DNA of 64,000 bases from Candidatus Latescibacterota bacterium (GTDB lineage: Bacteria > Latescibacterota > CBDEFO01): positions 2,912,001 to 2,976,000 of the forward strand of contig OZ252149.1 in the NCBI GenBank assembly GCA_965248755.1, read 5' to 3'. The notes under the pieces were generated by a model. The model made no database searches, was not told where the DNA came from, and worked only from the letters and a program-made list of their open reading frames with translations. A program made the translations under genes and the position numbers. Positions 11,337 to 21,924 of the stretch are shown in pieces; position 1 is the stretch's first letter; the number at the start of each line of letters is the position of its first letter.

Positions 11337-11440
11337 TAGGATGGACTATATATAATTGCACGCTGCTGGAATATTTGGAATTTACCTTCTTAACTTCCAT
11401 CTCCAAAGATGAGTTCAACGATCTTCGAAAGGAGTAAAAG

Positions 11441-12274
11441 ATGCAACAAAAATGCCCTATACTACTATTCTTTGTATGTGTCGCTTTAGTACTTTACGCT
11501 GATAGTTGGCTAGAGACCAAAGCGGAGGCGCAAGAGAACAGAACCCATCCTGATTTGAAGGGCTTGTCCTTTTCAGATGATGATGCTCAGATAATCAAGC
11601 ACGGCGATCTTCGATCTGCAGACCACGTGATTACTAAATTGTGGAGACTTCTCGGTAGAGAGGGTAAAGAGGCAGTCAGGCCAGCTGTTCCTGCGTTAGT
11701 ATACAGATTGAATGAACTAGAGAAGATATCTTCTTCAGAAAAGCAGCGGCCACTAGGGGAATTACACGTGGAAAGTGTAGAAGGAATTATAGATTTGCTG
11801 GCAAGAATAGGCGATGAGCGCTCCAAATCTGTTCTACTTGAAGGCATGAAGCATGGCATAGCAGCAGCTCCAGGGTTGATGGCTATTGGACGTTCTGTAG
11901 TGCCGGACGTTATCAATTCGCTAGGTAGTACCCGATTTGAAATAAGATGGGGCGCTATGATAACACTTCGGGAGTTTGCAACGATGGATCCCAATTTTCT
12001 CACAAAAGAGGAAAAAGATGATATCAGGAAGCGTCTTCATTCTCTTCTGGAGGATTCAAAGGTCCGATTAAAGACAGCAAATATAACGGCCTTAGAGGTT
12101 TATGGAGATGCTACCACTATCCCTATTCTAGAGAAGATAGCAGAGCGAGATCTGTATCGCACAACTAGCCGTGCTAGGTATGTCAACAGGATCGTAGCAA
12201 AGAGGGCAATAGAAGAGATAAAAGCTGCCCAGCAATCAAGAAACGAGGCACAGAGCCCTGTGAACTCTGAGTAA
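11441..12274 (+). CDS. Secreted HEAT-repeat protein
   Basis: AAAGGAG RBS; signal peptide; AVPAL, IRWGAMITL, ALEVYGDATTIPIL motifs. Confidence 0.7.
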   Translation: MQQKCPILLFFVCVALVLYADSWLETKAEAQENRTHPDLKGLSFSDDDAQIIKHGDLRSADHVITKLWRLLGREGKEAVRPAVPALVYRLNELEKISSSEKQRPLGELHVESVEGIIDLLARIGDERSKSVLLEGMKHGIAAAPGLMAIGRSVVPDVINSLGSTRFEIRWGAMITLREFATMDPNFLTKEEKDDIRKRLHSLLEDSKVRLKTANITALEVYGDATTIPILEKIAERDLYRTTSRARYVNRIVAKRAIEEIKAAQQSRNEAQSPVNSE

Positions 12275-12333
12275 TATATGTAAGGGTTCCATATTTGCCA
12301 GATTGAAGTAGCATCACGGGGCACACTTTTGAA

Positions 12334-12578
12334 GGGTGTGTCAGATTTTTTGTGTAAATGGGTACCTTCCCATGTCAGCTTTTCCTACATATTCAATCTC
12401 CCTTCGAAATGGATCGAAAATTGGTGAATGGCGAATCCCCGATTGCTTCTATCGGGGACAAGGAATCCCTCGCCATATGAACTATGCAAAGCTGGACCTC
12501 TGCCTGGGGGAATACAGATTCAATAGCCTCCGGAAGCCCCTGTAGACCATCCACGCAAGCTATCAACACATCATTCAA
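12334..12578 (-). mobile_element. Internally deleted IS256 remnant carrying a 21-bp palindrome
   Basis: DVLIACVDGLQGLPEAIESVFPQAEVQLCIVH; terminus TTTACACAAAAAATCTGACACACCC. Confidence 0.8.
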
Positions 12579-12683
12579 TCTGCTGCCTTTCAGATGGCCT
12601 GAGCAATCTCGGAGGGGATAGGATGTATCCCCTGCCTACCTCTGATTGCATCTCCGATTGAAGCTATGGCTGGCTGCTGTGCA

Positions 12684-13862
12684 CTAACCCTGCGGATCGA
12701 CCCAGCGTCCGTCTGATTTGATGAGCTTGACGAGCTCTTCCACGCCCTTCTCCTGGTCCACGCCGGGCTTGATGCACTCTATCCCCCGGTAGAGGGCTAT
12801 CTGACCACCGGCCTTCCCGACGTAGCCGTAGTCAGCGCCGGCCATCTCGCCCGGGCCGTTAACGATGCAGCCCATAACCGCAATATCCAGACCGACGAGG
12901 TGATCTGTCGCCGCCCTGACCTTGGCCAGGACGTCCTCCAGGTCAAATTTGGTGCGTCCGCAGGAGGGACAGGCAATGAACTCGACTTTGGTGCGACGTA
13001 AACCCAGAGCCTGAAGAATGTCGTAGCAGACAGGGATCTCGTTGACCGAGTCTTCCGTAAGAGAGACGCGGATAGTGTCTCCGATGCCCTCCCAGAGGAG
13101 TGTGCCGATTCCGGCTGTGGACTTGATCCGGGCGTACTGGCCGTCGCCGGCCTCTGTCACGCCCAAATGGAGAGGGTAATCCATCCCTTCCTCGTCCATG
13201 CGTTGCACCATCAGCCGGTTGGCCTGGATCATCACGGGCACGCGAGACGCCTTCAGAGAAATTACCAGATTCCCGTAATCGTGTCTTTCACAGATCCGTA
13301 CAAACTCCAGCGCTGACTCGACCATCCCCTCTGGTGTATCTCCGTAGGTGACCATCATGCGGTCTGAAAGAGAGCCGTGATTTACGCCTATGCGCATGGC
13401 TATATCTCGCTCTTTGCACGCCTCTATGACAGGCTTCATCTCCTCCTGGATGGAGCCGACAGCCTCCCGGAATTCCTCTTGTGAGTACTCTTCGCCCTCT
13501 GTGCGTTTCTGATAGACAAAGAGGCCGGGGTTGACCCGCACCTTGTCCACATGCTTTGCGGCCTCAAGTGCGATCCGGGATCCCTGGTGATGAACGTCGG
13601 CCACAAGGGGCACCTGGATGCCTATTCGCGTCAGTTCCGCCCTGATTGGACCGAGGCACTCTGCGTCCCTTAAAGTCGGAGTCGTGACCCGAACGATCTC
13701 ACAACCGGCTTCGTAAAGGCGGACTATGGATTTTACACAGGCATCTATATTTCGGGTATCGTCTGTTATCATAGATTGAACGACAATAGGATTATGGCCG
13801 CCGATGACGACATCTCCGACCGCCACCTCGCGGGTCCTGCGGCGAGCATAAAGAGTTTCCAT
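12684..13862 (-). CDS. ispG: HMBPP synthase (GcpE)
   Basis: [44 protein letters not shown]. Confidence 0.96.
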   Translation of the reverse strand: METLYARRRTREVAVGDVVIGGHNPIVVQSMITDDTRNIDACVKSIVRLYEAGCEIVRVTTPTLRDAECLGPIRAELTRIGIQVPLVADVHHQGSRIALEAAKHVDKVRVNPGLFVYQKRTEGEEYSQEEFREAVGSIQEEMKPVIEACKERDIAMRIGVNHGSLSDRMMVTYGDTPEGMVESALEFVRICERHDYGNLVISLKASRVPVMIQANRLMVQRMDEEGMDYPLHLGVTEAGDGQYARIKSTAGIGTLLWEGIGDTIRVSLTEDSVNEIPVCYDILQALGLRRTKVEFIACPSCGRTKFDLEDVLAKVRAATDHLVGLDIAVMGCIVNGPGEMAGADYGYVGKAGGQIALYRGIECIKPGVDQEKGVEELVKLIKSDGRWVDPQG

Positions 13863-14075
13863 TGACTCTGCACTCCTTCGTATCGAACACCAACGAAATT
13901 GCCACCGGCAATTTGGGCGAAGGGGCGCATGCCCCGAAGCCGTTAGTGCTCAGTTATGCACTGGCAGCCCCCTTAACCCTTAACAGCAGATGTCCTCAAA
14001 GAGAAACCATAAAACAGACGGTATACTTTTCGAAATAGTAAAAAAGGCTTGTTTCAAGACGTATGATCTGCCCTT

Positions 14076-14852
14076 CTATAAAGCTTTGAGAACGTAGTAC
14101 AAATTCTCCAATTCTCCACTTATGTGAGTATCCATCGACACGAATCTGTAGCGCTCATCATATATTGCCGCTAGTTTAAACCTGCCAGACTTATGAACAA
14201 GACTTGTGAAATCTTCAAAAAACCAAAGCCGTAGCGTATGGCGCTCCTCTAATCGAATCTCGTTGTCGTGATCATTGATTTCCATTCTGCAAATCTGGTA
14301 ACTGATCTTTTTCCGCTTATCTTCTCTTTCAATACGCCAGGCTGTTTTTACGCGAATCCCATCCCTTTCCATGCTCCATTCGTCTCCGCCGTAGGATTCC
14401 GTATCATAAGCACAGCTAAGGTGAAGGATGTAGATTCCATTACTTTTCAGTGATTCACCTGTATTGACCAAGTGTGAAAGCATATCCTTATCCGAGAGGA
14501 GGTATCCTAAACTATTGATTGAATTGAGAGCCGCATCAAAGGTTGCCTCGAATCTTGCTGACTTCATGTCTTCTCTTTGAACGGTTGCCACACTCTGCAA
14601 TCCTGCTTCAGCGATCTTCTTTTGAGCATAGGCGACCATTCGTGGACTACTATCATATCCTGTTACATGATATCCATATTTGGGCAGACTCCTGAGAAAA
14701 CGGCCTGTACCGCATGCAGGATCCAAGATGTGCTTCACTTCAAAGGGAACATATCTCTTGAAGAGAGTCCCCAAGAACTCAATCTCTTGAGAGATGTCCC
14801 AGAAGAAGGCGATATCGTAAATCTCTGGGAGGCTGTATAATTTTGCCTGCAT
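14076..14852 (-). CDS. Class I SAM-dependent methyltransferase
   Basis: ILDPACGTGRF and GYDSSPRMV motifs. Confidence 0.85.
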   Translation of the reverse strand: MQAKLYSLPEIYDIAFFWDISQEIEFLGTLFKRYVPFEVKHILDPACGTGRFLRSLPKYGYHVTGYDSSPRMVAYAQKKIAEAGLQSVATVQREDMKSARFEATFDAALNSINSLGYLLSDKDMLSHLVNTGESLKSNGIYILHLSCAYDTESYGGDEWSMERDGIRVKTAWRIEREDKRKKISYQICRMEINDHDNEIRLEERHTLRLWFFEDFTSLVHKSGRFKLAAIYDERYRFVSMDTHISGELENLYYVLKAL

Positions 14853-14955
14853 CGTCCTTTTTTTCCTGTGCTCAAGGAAATCACTCAAAAAGAAAATCTT
14901 GGTGATCAACAAGCAAATCTTGAGCTTCTCGCATGTCTTTACTGCATGTGCACAA

Positions 14956-15579
14956 CTATTTGATAGCTGACATCAGTTTCCTTACAGCCTCACCTCTGTG
15001 GCTGATCTTGTTCTTTAGACTTCGATCCATCTGCGCCAGCGTTAGTCCCAGCTCGGGTATCAAGAATAGTGGATCGTACCCGAATCCACTCGTTCCTTTT
15101 CGTTTATCCATTATTATTCCCTCCAATGTCCCCTCCGCCGTTACCGTATCTCCAGAAGGATAACAGAGCGCAACCACGCACTTAAACTGAGCTGTCCTTT
15201 CCTTCAAGGGCACGTCTTTGATCATTTGCAATAGCTTCGCGTTGTTTTCATCGTCTGTGGCATCTTCTCCCGCAAAGCGGGAGGATATAACGCCGGGCGC
15301 ACCGCACAGGGCGTCCACCTCAAGCCCCGAATCGTCAGCCAACGCTGGCATATTCAGATGCTCAGATAGGGCCTTCGCCTTCTTTATAGCGTTTTCTTTG
15401 AAAGTAGCGCCGTCCTCCTCTATCTGGGGGATGCCCGAAAAATCGGCCAGGGAAAGTATATCGCACCGGGAGCCCAAAATCTGCGCGATCTCCCCCATCT
15501 TTTCTCTATTTTTTGTCGCCAAAACTAGACGGAGCCGCACCCGATTAAATCGGGGGTCGACCTTTCTTCCTTTCTCCAT
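14956..15579 (-). CDS. rdgB: dITP/XTP pyrophosphatase (Ham1 family)
   Basis: LATKN, ADDSGL, GAPGV, GFGYDPLF, KNKISHRG. Confidence 0.93.
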   Translation of the reverse strand: MEKGRKVDPRFNRVRLRLVLATKNREKMGEIAQILGSRCDILSLADFSGIPQIEEDGATFKENAIKKAKALSEHLNMPALADDSGLEVDALCGAPGVISSRFAGEDATDDENNAKLLQMIKDVPLKERTAQFKCVVALCYPSGDTVTAEGTLEGIIMDKRKGTSGFGYDPLFLIPELGLTLAQMDRSLKNKISHRGEAVRKLMSAIK

Positions 15580-15639
15580 AAAGAATCCAATCAGAAATGG
15601 GCGCTTCTGGCGTATTGAGAATGGTTCGCCTTAAATGAT

Positions 15640-15664
15640 AGACGGGGGACGTAATCCCCCGTCT
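15640..15664. terminator. GC-rich hairpin, possible terminator
   Basis: AGACGGGGGA-CGTAA-TCCCCCGTCT 10-bp stem. Confidence 0.45.
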
Positions 15665-15715
15665 GCATTCCCTTTGCGGTCTTATAGAACTCAGCCAGAA
15701 GAATCACCAGAAGAA

Positions 15716-15994
15716 TCAGATATTACGTTCTTCGCTAAAATAGGTCGCTGATGAACTTTCATGATGGTCCAGCGTGATCAATCCATCGGTCGCCGGAATT
15801 TTAAGGTGAATTATCCAGCCCTCGATCTTCTTGCCTCTGATGTGTACAGTCTTACGTTCCTTTTTTATTACCACGGCGTCGTCCCTGAGCGCTGCCATGG
15901 TCCTATCATCCTTGTCGTTTATACAGAAATAGGAATGAATCTTCCAGTCTCTTATCTTCTCATTGGCTTCGGCGTTATCAGACATAGCAGACAC
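15716..15994 (-). CDS. Hypothetical protein
   Basis: 92-aa ORF with protein-like composition; no recognised motif. Confidence 0.45.
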   Translation of the reverse strand: MSAMSDNAEANEKIRDWKIHSYFCINDKDDRTMAALRDDAVVIKKERKTVHIRGKKIEGWIIHLKIPATDGLITLDHHESSSATYFSEERNI

Positions 15995-16243
15995 CTCTTT
16001 TCAGAACTGCGCTGAAGTTTGAATCTCCTGTAAAAACAGCTCATTATCGCTCAAACTATCCTTTTAATCGTCATCATCCACAGCGATGCCCTGTATTTTA
16101 AGGGCTTGTGCTTTAAGATTTGCCCACCCGAAAGCTCCTAGTGCCGATTACGCAAGGTGGCTCTGGCCCCAGTCATTCACCGCTGCCCTTACCGCCGCAA
16201 TTCCATTTAAAGAAAGGCACGTTGTCACCTGCCGCTGTCTATT

Positions 16244-18627
16244 TTATAGGCCGATAGAACGTGCTCTCTTGCTGAATTCCAGAAGTAGCTTACTTAATGC
16301 AGAATGTTCAAATATCGTAATATTTATTAGAGCAGAAATCGCTGCCTTGGCATCCAGGATCTCTGACAGGAGTTCTGGAAGTTTTTCTTCTCCTTCCTCC
16401 CAGATTTCCTTTATTTCTTCATAAACTTCCCGTCTTATATCAGCAGAAGAATGTTCATCTAACTTGGCGCTTAAATAGTTCACAATTCCTTGAAACTCAT
16501 CTCTATCCAACCAGATACCATGACAATCCGGGCACCAATCGATAATGATAGTAGAATCCCCAAAATTAGTAGATACTAATTTGATTCCCTCGCATTCTGG
16601 ACATACACGGTTTGATGGAATTGCATTGGCCTTCTCGATAGCCTCAACTTCGTCATCCATCCAGCTTAACGTGCGCCATGAGCCTTTCTGAGCTTTGTCC
16701 TTCAGTTTTCGTAGTTCATCCCTATCCAGGAAAATGTCTTTGCAATAGGGGCAGCCATCTATCTCCATGCCATAGACTGTGTATAGATTAAGAGTAGTTT
16801 TACATACTGGACATATTTTTGTAGTCTGTGCTGTGAATTTAGCGTTTTCTATCGGAGGAACTGTACTGCCCCCCAGAAAAGCGACATCAATTAAGCAACT
16901 TGGGGTAGCAGATAAAATTGTTTTCTCCACTCTTCCGGGGTCTTGTATCCCAGAGATGAATGAAGCCAGTTCTTGTTGTAATTATCGATCCACTGAGATA
17001 TGATCTTCTCAGCTTGTTCAAAGGACTTGAAATTGTGAAGCCACACACACTCCTGCTTGAGGGTCCTGAAAAAACGTTCTATGACCCCGTTCCAATCGGC
17101 CTTTCCGCTCGGAATATATTCTTGACGAATGTCCCAATATTCGGTACTTGCCAAATAGGTCCGAGACAAAAAGATGGAGCCGTTGTCAGAGCGCAAAGTG
17201 AGACCCTGGGGGACAGCCTCCTTAGGAAGTGTATCGAGAGATCACGGCCCGATCCAGGGCATCTGTGGCCTCCAGTGCCCTCCCTTTTCGACTAAAACGA
17301 TACCCGGGGAACCTCCCGACTCCCGTTGTCCACCACCGCAATAAGAGGACACCAACCATCTTCCCCACAATAGATCTTGGTCAAGTCAGCCGACCAGAGA
17401 CTGTCAGGACGATCCATCACAGAACGCTTCTGGGCAACCTGTGGCCCCTTTCTCCCGGGGTCCCCGATTGATTCTATCGGGGATTCCACAGCTTACACTG
17501 CCACCCCTTAAGCTTCATTATCCTATGAACCTTCTTGATGTTGACATATGCCCCTTCCTTGAAACGAAGATGCGCCCAAACCCGCCTGTGACCAAATGCC
17601 TCTTCTTGGTCGAGTATCCCTCGAATACGAAAAGCAAGCTGTTCATCTATCACAGACTCTTCGACAGAAGAACTGACACCTCTATACCTAAGCCTACACA
17701 GAGTCGAACGATGCAAACCCAAAGCCAAAGCTACCACCTTCCGGGAATAGCCTCGACCCAAAAACCGCCCACTCAAGGCAACCGCTTCGTTTTTTTTAGA
17801 CGGGCTACCTCCTCGAGTATCTCCAACTGGAGGGTTAAGTGCCCTACCTTACGCTCCAACCGGCTGACCTCCCGCTCCTTCGCATCCTTGCGACCACGCC
17901 GAGACTTCAGACTCTCCTGGCCTCCTTCCAAGAAACTATCACGCCAAGCATACGCCTGTGACTGGCTAATTCCATTCTTCCAACACACCTCTGATACATT
18001 CGCTCCTTTCAAAACAGCCAACACCACCTCTACCTTACGGGTCGCCGTCCAGCGCTTACCATCTTTCACTTCGGGGCTTGACACCTTGACCTCCTTTCTC
18101 AAACCCCAATTTGCAAAATATTTGTCGCCCTGTCAAGGGGAGCGGTATGGAACATCTACTTCAAAATCAGTTTGGCTGCTCTTTCTTCTTACTCGTTTAT
18201 ACCAATAAGGCAGGTGTACATTGTTGACGAATTCCGAGAATCCTCTACCTGTAAGAGGCATTATGTTTGTCAGTTCTCTATTTGCTAAATCGAGTTCACC
18301 GCCATCTAACCAGAAACCGCCGCAGTTTCTGCAGCGATCCAACACTATATCGCTATGATCCAGAAAGAACACCTTATCTAAAATGGTCTCCTCACATCTT
18401 GGACATTTTACTGTAACTTCGGAGATGCCTTCAGCGCTATCTTTGGCATCTCTGGAGGAGTATTCAATACTTCCAGTTACATGGAAGGCCATCTTGTCTA
18501 ACTCACCAGCATCCAGCCAAAGACTCCCACAGGCGTCGCAAATATCGTAAGATATCTGTTTAAGCTGCACAAACTTAGTCTGTACAAGATTGTTGATCAT
18601 TTCCTCATTACAATTTAAACACTTCAT
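16244..18627 (-). pseudogene. Four-fold zf-TFIIB zinc-ribbon protein (~363 aa) split by IS3 copy 3
   Basis: Four CxxC...CxxC-x-x-(W/F)LD-x-x-E units; removing the IS and one TSD fuses the halves in frame (EVDVP|PIENAK). Confidence 0.85.
16862..18149 (-). mobile_element. IS3-family insertion sequence, copy 3 (1288 bp), TSD GAAC
   Basis: A few SNPs relative to copies 1 and 2; GAAC on both sides; OrfA 17773-18102, broken OrfB 16891-17776. Confidence 0.93.
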
Positions 18628-19021
18628 TGCAATATCTCATCCTCTAAATCTTCAGGTTTCGTATGTTGTCTTCTACTTTTAATAGAGATCCTTGTATCAT
18701 ACCGGATTGACTGGGTAATGATCTTAACTCTATTTTATCCCTCTGACCTCCGTGTCTCTAAGGTGAGTAATCCTAGCGGTTCAGGGATGCCTCCAAATGT
18801 TGAGTCTCTCCAATTTGAAGCTCTTTTTCTGACTTAAATATATGTAATCTGATCCGTATCCGCAAATATTTTTTGACTATCTATCTGGATTCTTCCTGCA
18901 TCGCTGTGCCTGGCTTTTTCTATGTTTTTTCATTTTCCCTTTACTTGGATTTGATTTTTTGTTATTTTTCTATCAATGCCACGTTGTCTTCAATTTCACA
19001 ACATTAAAACGGAGGCTTCAG

Positions 19022-19489
19022 ATGTCAGTTGTCAATCAACCGATGAACCACGTGTTCGATAAGCTGTGCATCAGCGACAGCAAGTGGGCTTTTGACCTGG
19101 ATAATCTGAAACGGGAGGGCATAGAGGCAGTTGTCTGCATAACTCGAGAGTCCGCCGGAGACGGCGTCGAGGACGCAGCTTATCCCGCAGAGTATCTGCA
19201 CTATCTCAAGGATTATCTCCATTTTCCCATCGAGGACGGTTATCCCCTCCCGGAACACATCATCTCCAAATCCTTAGATTTCATCGGTGAAAACTTATCC
19301 TCAGGCAGGAATGTCCTTGTCCACTGCACCGGAGGTGCCAGCAGGTCAGTCGCGCTTACCCTCTGCCATCTTTTTAGAATGGGAATGGGATTCGATGAAG
19401 CTCAGCAATTCTTGAAGGACAAAAGGCCTCAAGCTATCTTTAGAGACGAATTAATGTCCTCCATAAAGGAATATTTCAATATTTCTTAG
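19022..19489 (+). CDS. Dual-specificity protein phosphatase, paralog 1
   Basis: FPIED loop, VHCTGGASRS catalytic motif; GGAGG RBS. Confidence 0.88.
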   Translation: MSVVNQPMNHVFDKLCISDSKWAFDLDNLKREGIEAVVCITRESAGDGVEDAAYPAEYLHYLKDYLHFPIEDGYPLPEHIISKSLDFIGENLSSGRNVLVHCTGGASRSVALTLCHLFRMGMGFDEAQQFLKDKRPQAIFRDELMSSIKEYFNIS

Positions 19490-19742
19490 TTAGTGGGAAC
19501 GCAGTAGGGTCCCTATTAGGCTTCAGAAAAATTAGGCTTCAGAAAAATCCTTGAATTGTCACACCTTGCCCAGAAGCTTTTCTGGACTATCACAGCCATA
19601 CTATCTATCATTATTGTCCGGCGCTCGATCTTGACTTGTTATACCTTTTTCAGCTTCCCTGTACCTAAATTTGATTTTTTTGTTCTTTTTCTATCAAAGT
19701 CATATTATCGTTGATTCCCCCAAGAGGAAAACGGAGGCTCAG

Positions 19743-20210
19743 ATGTCAGTTGCCAATCAACCGATGAACCACGTGTTCGATAAGCTGTGCATCAGCAACA
19801 GCAAGTGGGCTTTTGACCTGGATAATCTGAAACGGGAGGGCATAGAGGCAATTATCTGCATAACACGACAATGCCCCGGAGACGGCCTCGAGGACGAATC
19901 TTATCCCGCCAGGTATCTCCACTATCTCAGGGACTATCTCCACTTTCCCATCAATGACGGCTTTCCGCTTCCGGAACACATTATATCCAAATCCTTGGAT
20001 TTCATGGAGGAGAACTTATCCTCAGGAAGGAAAGTCCTTGTGCACTGCACTGCCGGCGCCAGCAGGTCAGTCGCTCTTGTCCTTTGCCACCTTTTAACCC
20101 TGGGGATGGGATTCGATGAAGCTCAGCGATTCTTGGAGGAGAAGCGACCTCAGGCCGTCTTTTTTGACGAATTGATGTCCTCCATAAAGCAGCATTTCAA
20201 CATTTCATAG
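19743..20210 (+). CDS. Dual-specificity protein phosphatase, paralog 2
   Basis: FPIND loop, VHCTAGASRS; tandem duplicate of the preceding gene. Confidence 0.88.
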   Translation: MSVANQPMNHVFDKLCISNSKWAFDLDNLKREGIEAIICITRQCPGDGLEDESYPARYLHYLRDYLHFPINDGFPLPEHIISKSLDFMEENLSSGRKVLVHCTAGASRSVALVLCHLLTLGMGFDEAQRFLEEKRPQAVFFDELMSSIKQHFNIS

Positions 20211-20290
20211 TACAGTCAGAACACAGGCAGGCTCCGACAAGGGTTCAGTAGAATTTTTGAATTGTCCTACCCACTGCCCAGAAGTTTTTA

Positions 20291-20319
20291 TTGACTATCA
20301 CATTTATTTTATCTATCAT
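20291..20319 (+). promoter_or_regulatory. Sigma70-like promoter upstream of the tRNA
   Basis: TTGACT-17 bp-TATCAT. Confidence 0.55.
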
Positions 20320-20355
20320 AAATGGCCTGTACCCATTTGTGAGGCGTCAAAGCGT

Positions 20356-20429
20356 GCCCCCGTAGCTCAGGTGGATAGAGCAAAGGATTCCTAATCCTTG
20401 TGTCGCGTGTTCGAGTCGCGCCGGGGGTA
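20356..20429 (+). tRNA. tRNA-Arg(CCT)
   Basis: GCCCCCG acceptor stem, TAGCTCAG D-arm, AAGGA-TTCCTAA-TCCTT anticodon arm, GTTCGAG T-loop; no encoded CCA. Confidence 0.95.
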
Positions 20430-20871
20430 CTCTCACTCTACCAAGAAAAGCCCGTAAAATCATAGACTTGTGGGCTTTTTGTATTTGTCGTTATGTTCCA
20501 TTAAGTCACAAAAAACATTCGCAATTGTCACTTTTTGTCGGCAAATTGTTAGCAGAAACCGACAGGGAGCTTTTCGGTTTCCTCTCCAGAACCCCAAAAT
20601 CCGGCTTGAGAAACTGGTTCAATTATTCAAAGTCCGGTTTCCTCGCTTCCACCGGATATGCCCAACTATCCCCTCAATGAGGCCTGCGCTATCAACTAAT
20701 TGCTCGCATAAATCTCTTGTGTATGATGATGGTTTTTCTATTGGTATATCTGGAACGTGCCGTACCTTATGAGCTATAGCATAGCGATCTGTCCGCTGTG
20801 TCTATGGGGGTGGAGCACTATATGGGGCAGGTGGCATTCCGGGGTGGTTTCCCCCTGAAAGGAGATTTCCC

Positions 20872-21924
20872 ATGAGTTCGATCAAAAATGCAGATCAGTA
20901 CAGGCAGCGTAAGCGCGAGGCTACGGAGACCAAAATCCTGGCCACAGTTCCGATTGACCCGATCATCTGCAAGGGGTTGGGCAGGCTTTATCCGGTACTG
21001 TTCGCTGAAAATGACCATCGCGAAACCCTGCTTGGCCTGATGCCGGGAACAATTTGCTTGATCAGTCGAGGCCTGGCTCACATTGACGGTGAAATTATGG
21101 ATGCCAGCAGCGATCTGCTGGTGATCAGCCGGACGGGTGCCGGCTATGAAAACGTGGACATTGAGGCTGCTACAAAGCGCGGCATCCCCGTGGTCTATGC
21201 GCCGTTGCTCGGTGAAGCGGTGGCGGAGGCCACCTTCGCAATGATCTTAGCGCTTACCAAGCGGTTGTTTTACTGGCACGAATCGTTGATCAGCGGCCAA
21301 TGGGACCGGAGGATCACCGAGCGTACCGAAGAACTGTACGAAAAAACCATGGGCATTGTCGGTCTTGGCAGGATCGGCAGAGAGGTCGCCAAGCGAGCCA
21401 AAGCCTTCGACATGCGAATCGTGGCCCATGATCCGTACGTTGGAAAGGAGCAGACCAGTGAACTGCAGGTGGAATTGAAATCTCTTGACGACCTGTTGGA
21501 AAGCTCGGACATCGTCACTCTGCACGCTCTGGTCACGCCAGAGACGAGGGCGATGATCAACCGCTCGAACATAGTCAGGATAAAGCGAGGCGCTTATCTG
21601 GTCAACTTCGGGCGAGGCGCTTTGATTGAGAACCTGGACATTCTGTGCGAGGCCCTGGAAGACGGACGTCTCGCCGGGGTGGGCCTGGACGTGTTCCCGG
21701 ATGAACCGCCTACCAATCTCGACCATCCGCTCTTTTCACATCCTAATTTCATCGGCTCCCCGCATGTCCTGGCAGCTACCGCCGGCAACGAGGCACGCTG
21801 TGCCCGATCGGTCTGCAAAGACGTGACGGCTGTGCTCGATGGCCAAAGACCCCGGTGGTGCGTCAATCCAGAAGTGTTTGACTCGCCACAACTGCGTTCA
21901 CCGGGGAAAGGCCATGTGGGATAA
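20872..21924 (+). CDS. D-2-hydroxyacid dehydrogenase (SerA-like)
   Basis: RTGAGYENVD, GIVGLGRIG, NFGRG, GLDVFPDEP, SPH. Confidence 0.9.
   Translation: MSSIKNADQYRQRKREATETKILATVPIDPIICKGLGRLYPVLFAENDHRETLLGLMPGTICLISRGLAHIDGEIMDASSDLLVISRTGAGYENVDIEAATKRGIPVVYAPLLGEAVAEATFAMILALTKRLFYWHESLISGQWDRRITERTEELYEKTMGIVGLGRIGREVAKRAKAFDMRIVAHDPYVGKEQTSELQVELKSLDDLLESSDIVTLHALVTPETRAMINRSNIVRIKRGAYLVNFGRGALIENLDILCEALEDGRLAGVGLDVFPDEPPTNLDHPLFSHPNFIGSPHVLAATAGNEARCARSVCKDVTAVLDGQRPRWCVNPEVFDSPQLRSPGKGHVG

Noticed and set aside
12653..12669. Additional degenerate palindrome copies (also near 39295 and 43969)
   Set aside because: Only one arm or several mismatches; excluded from the count.
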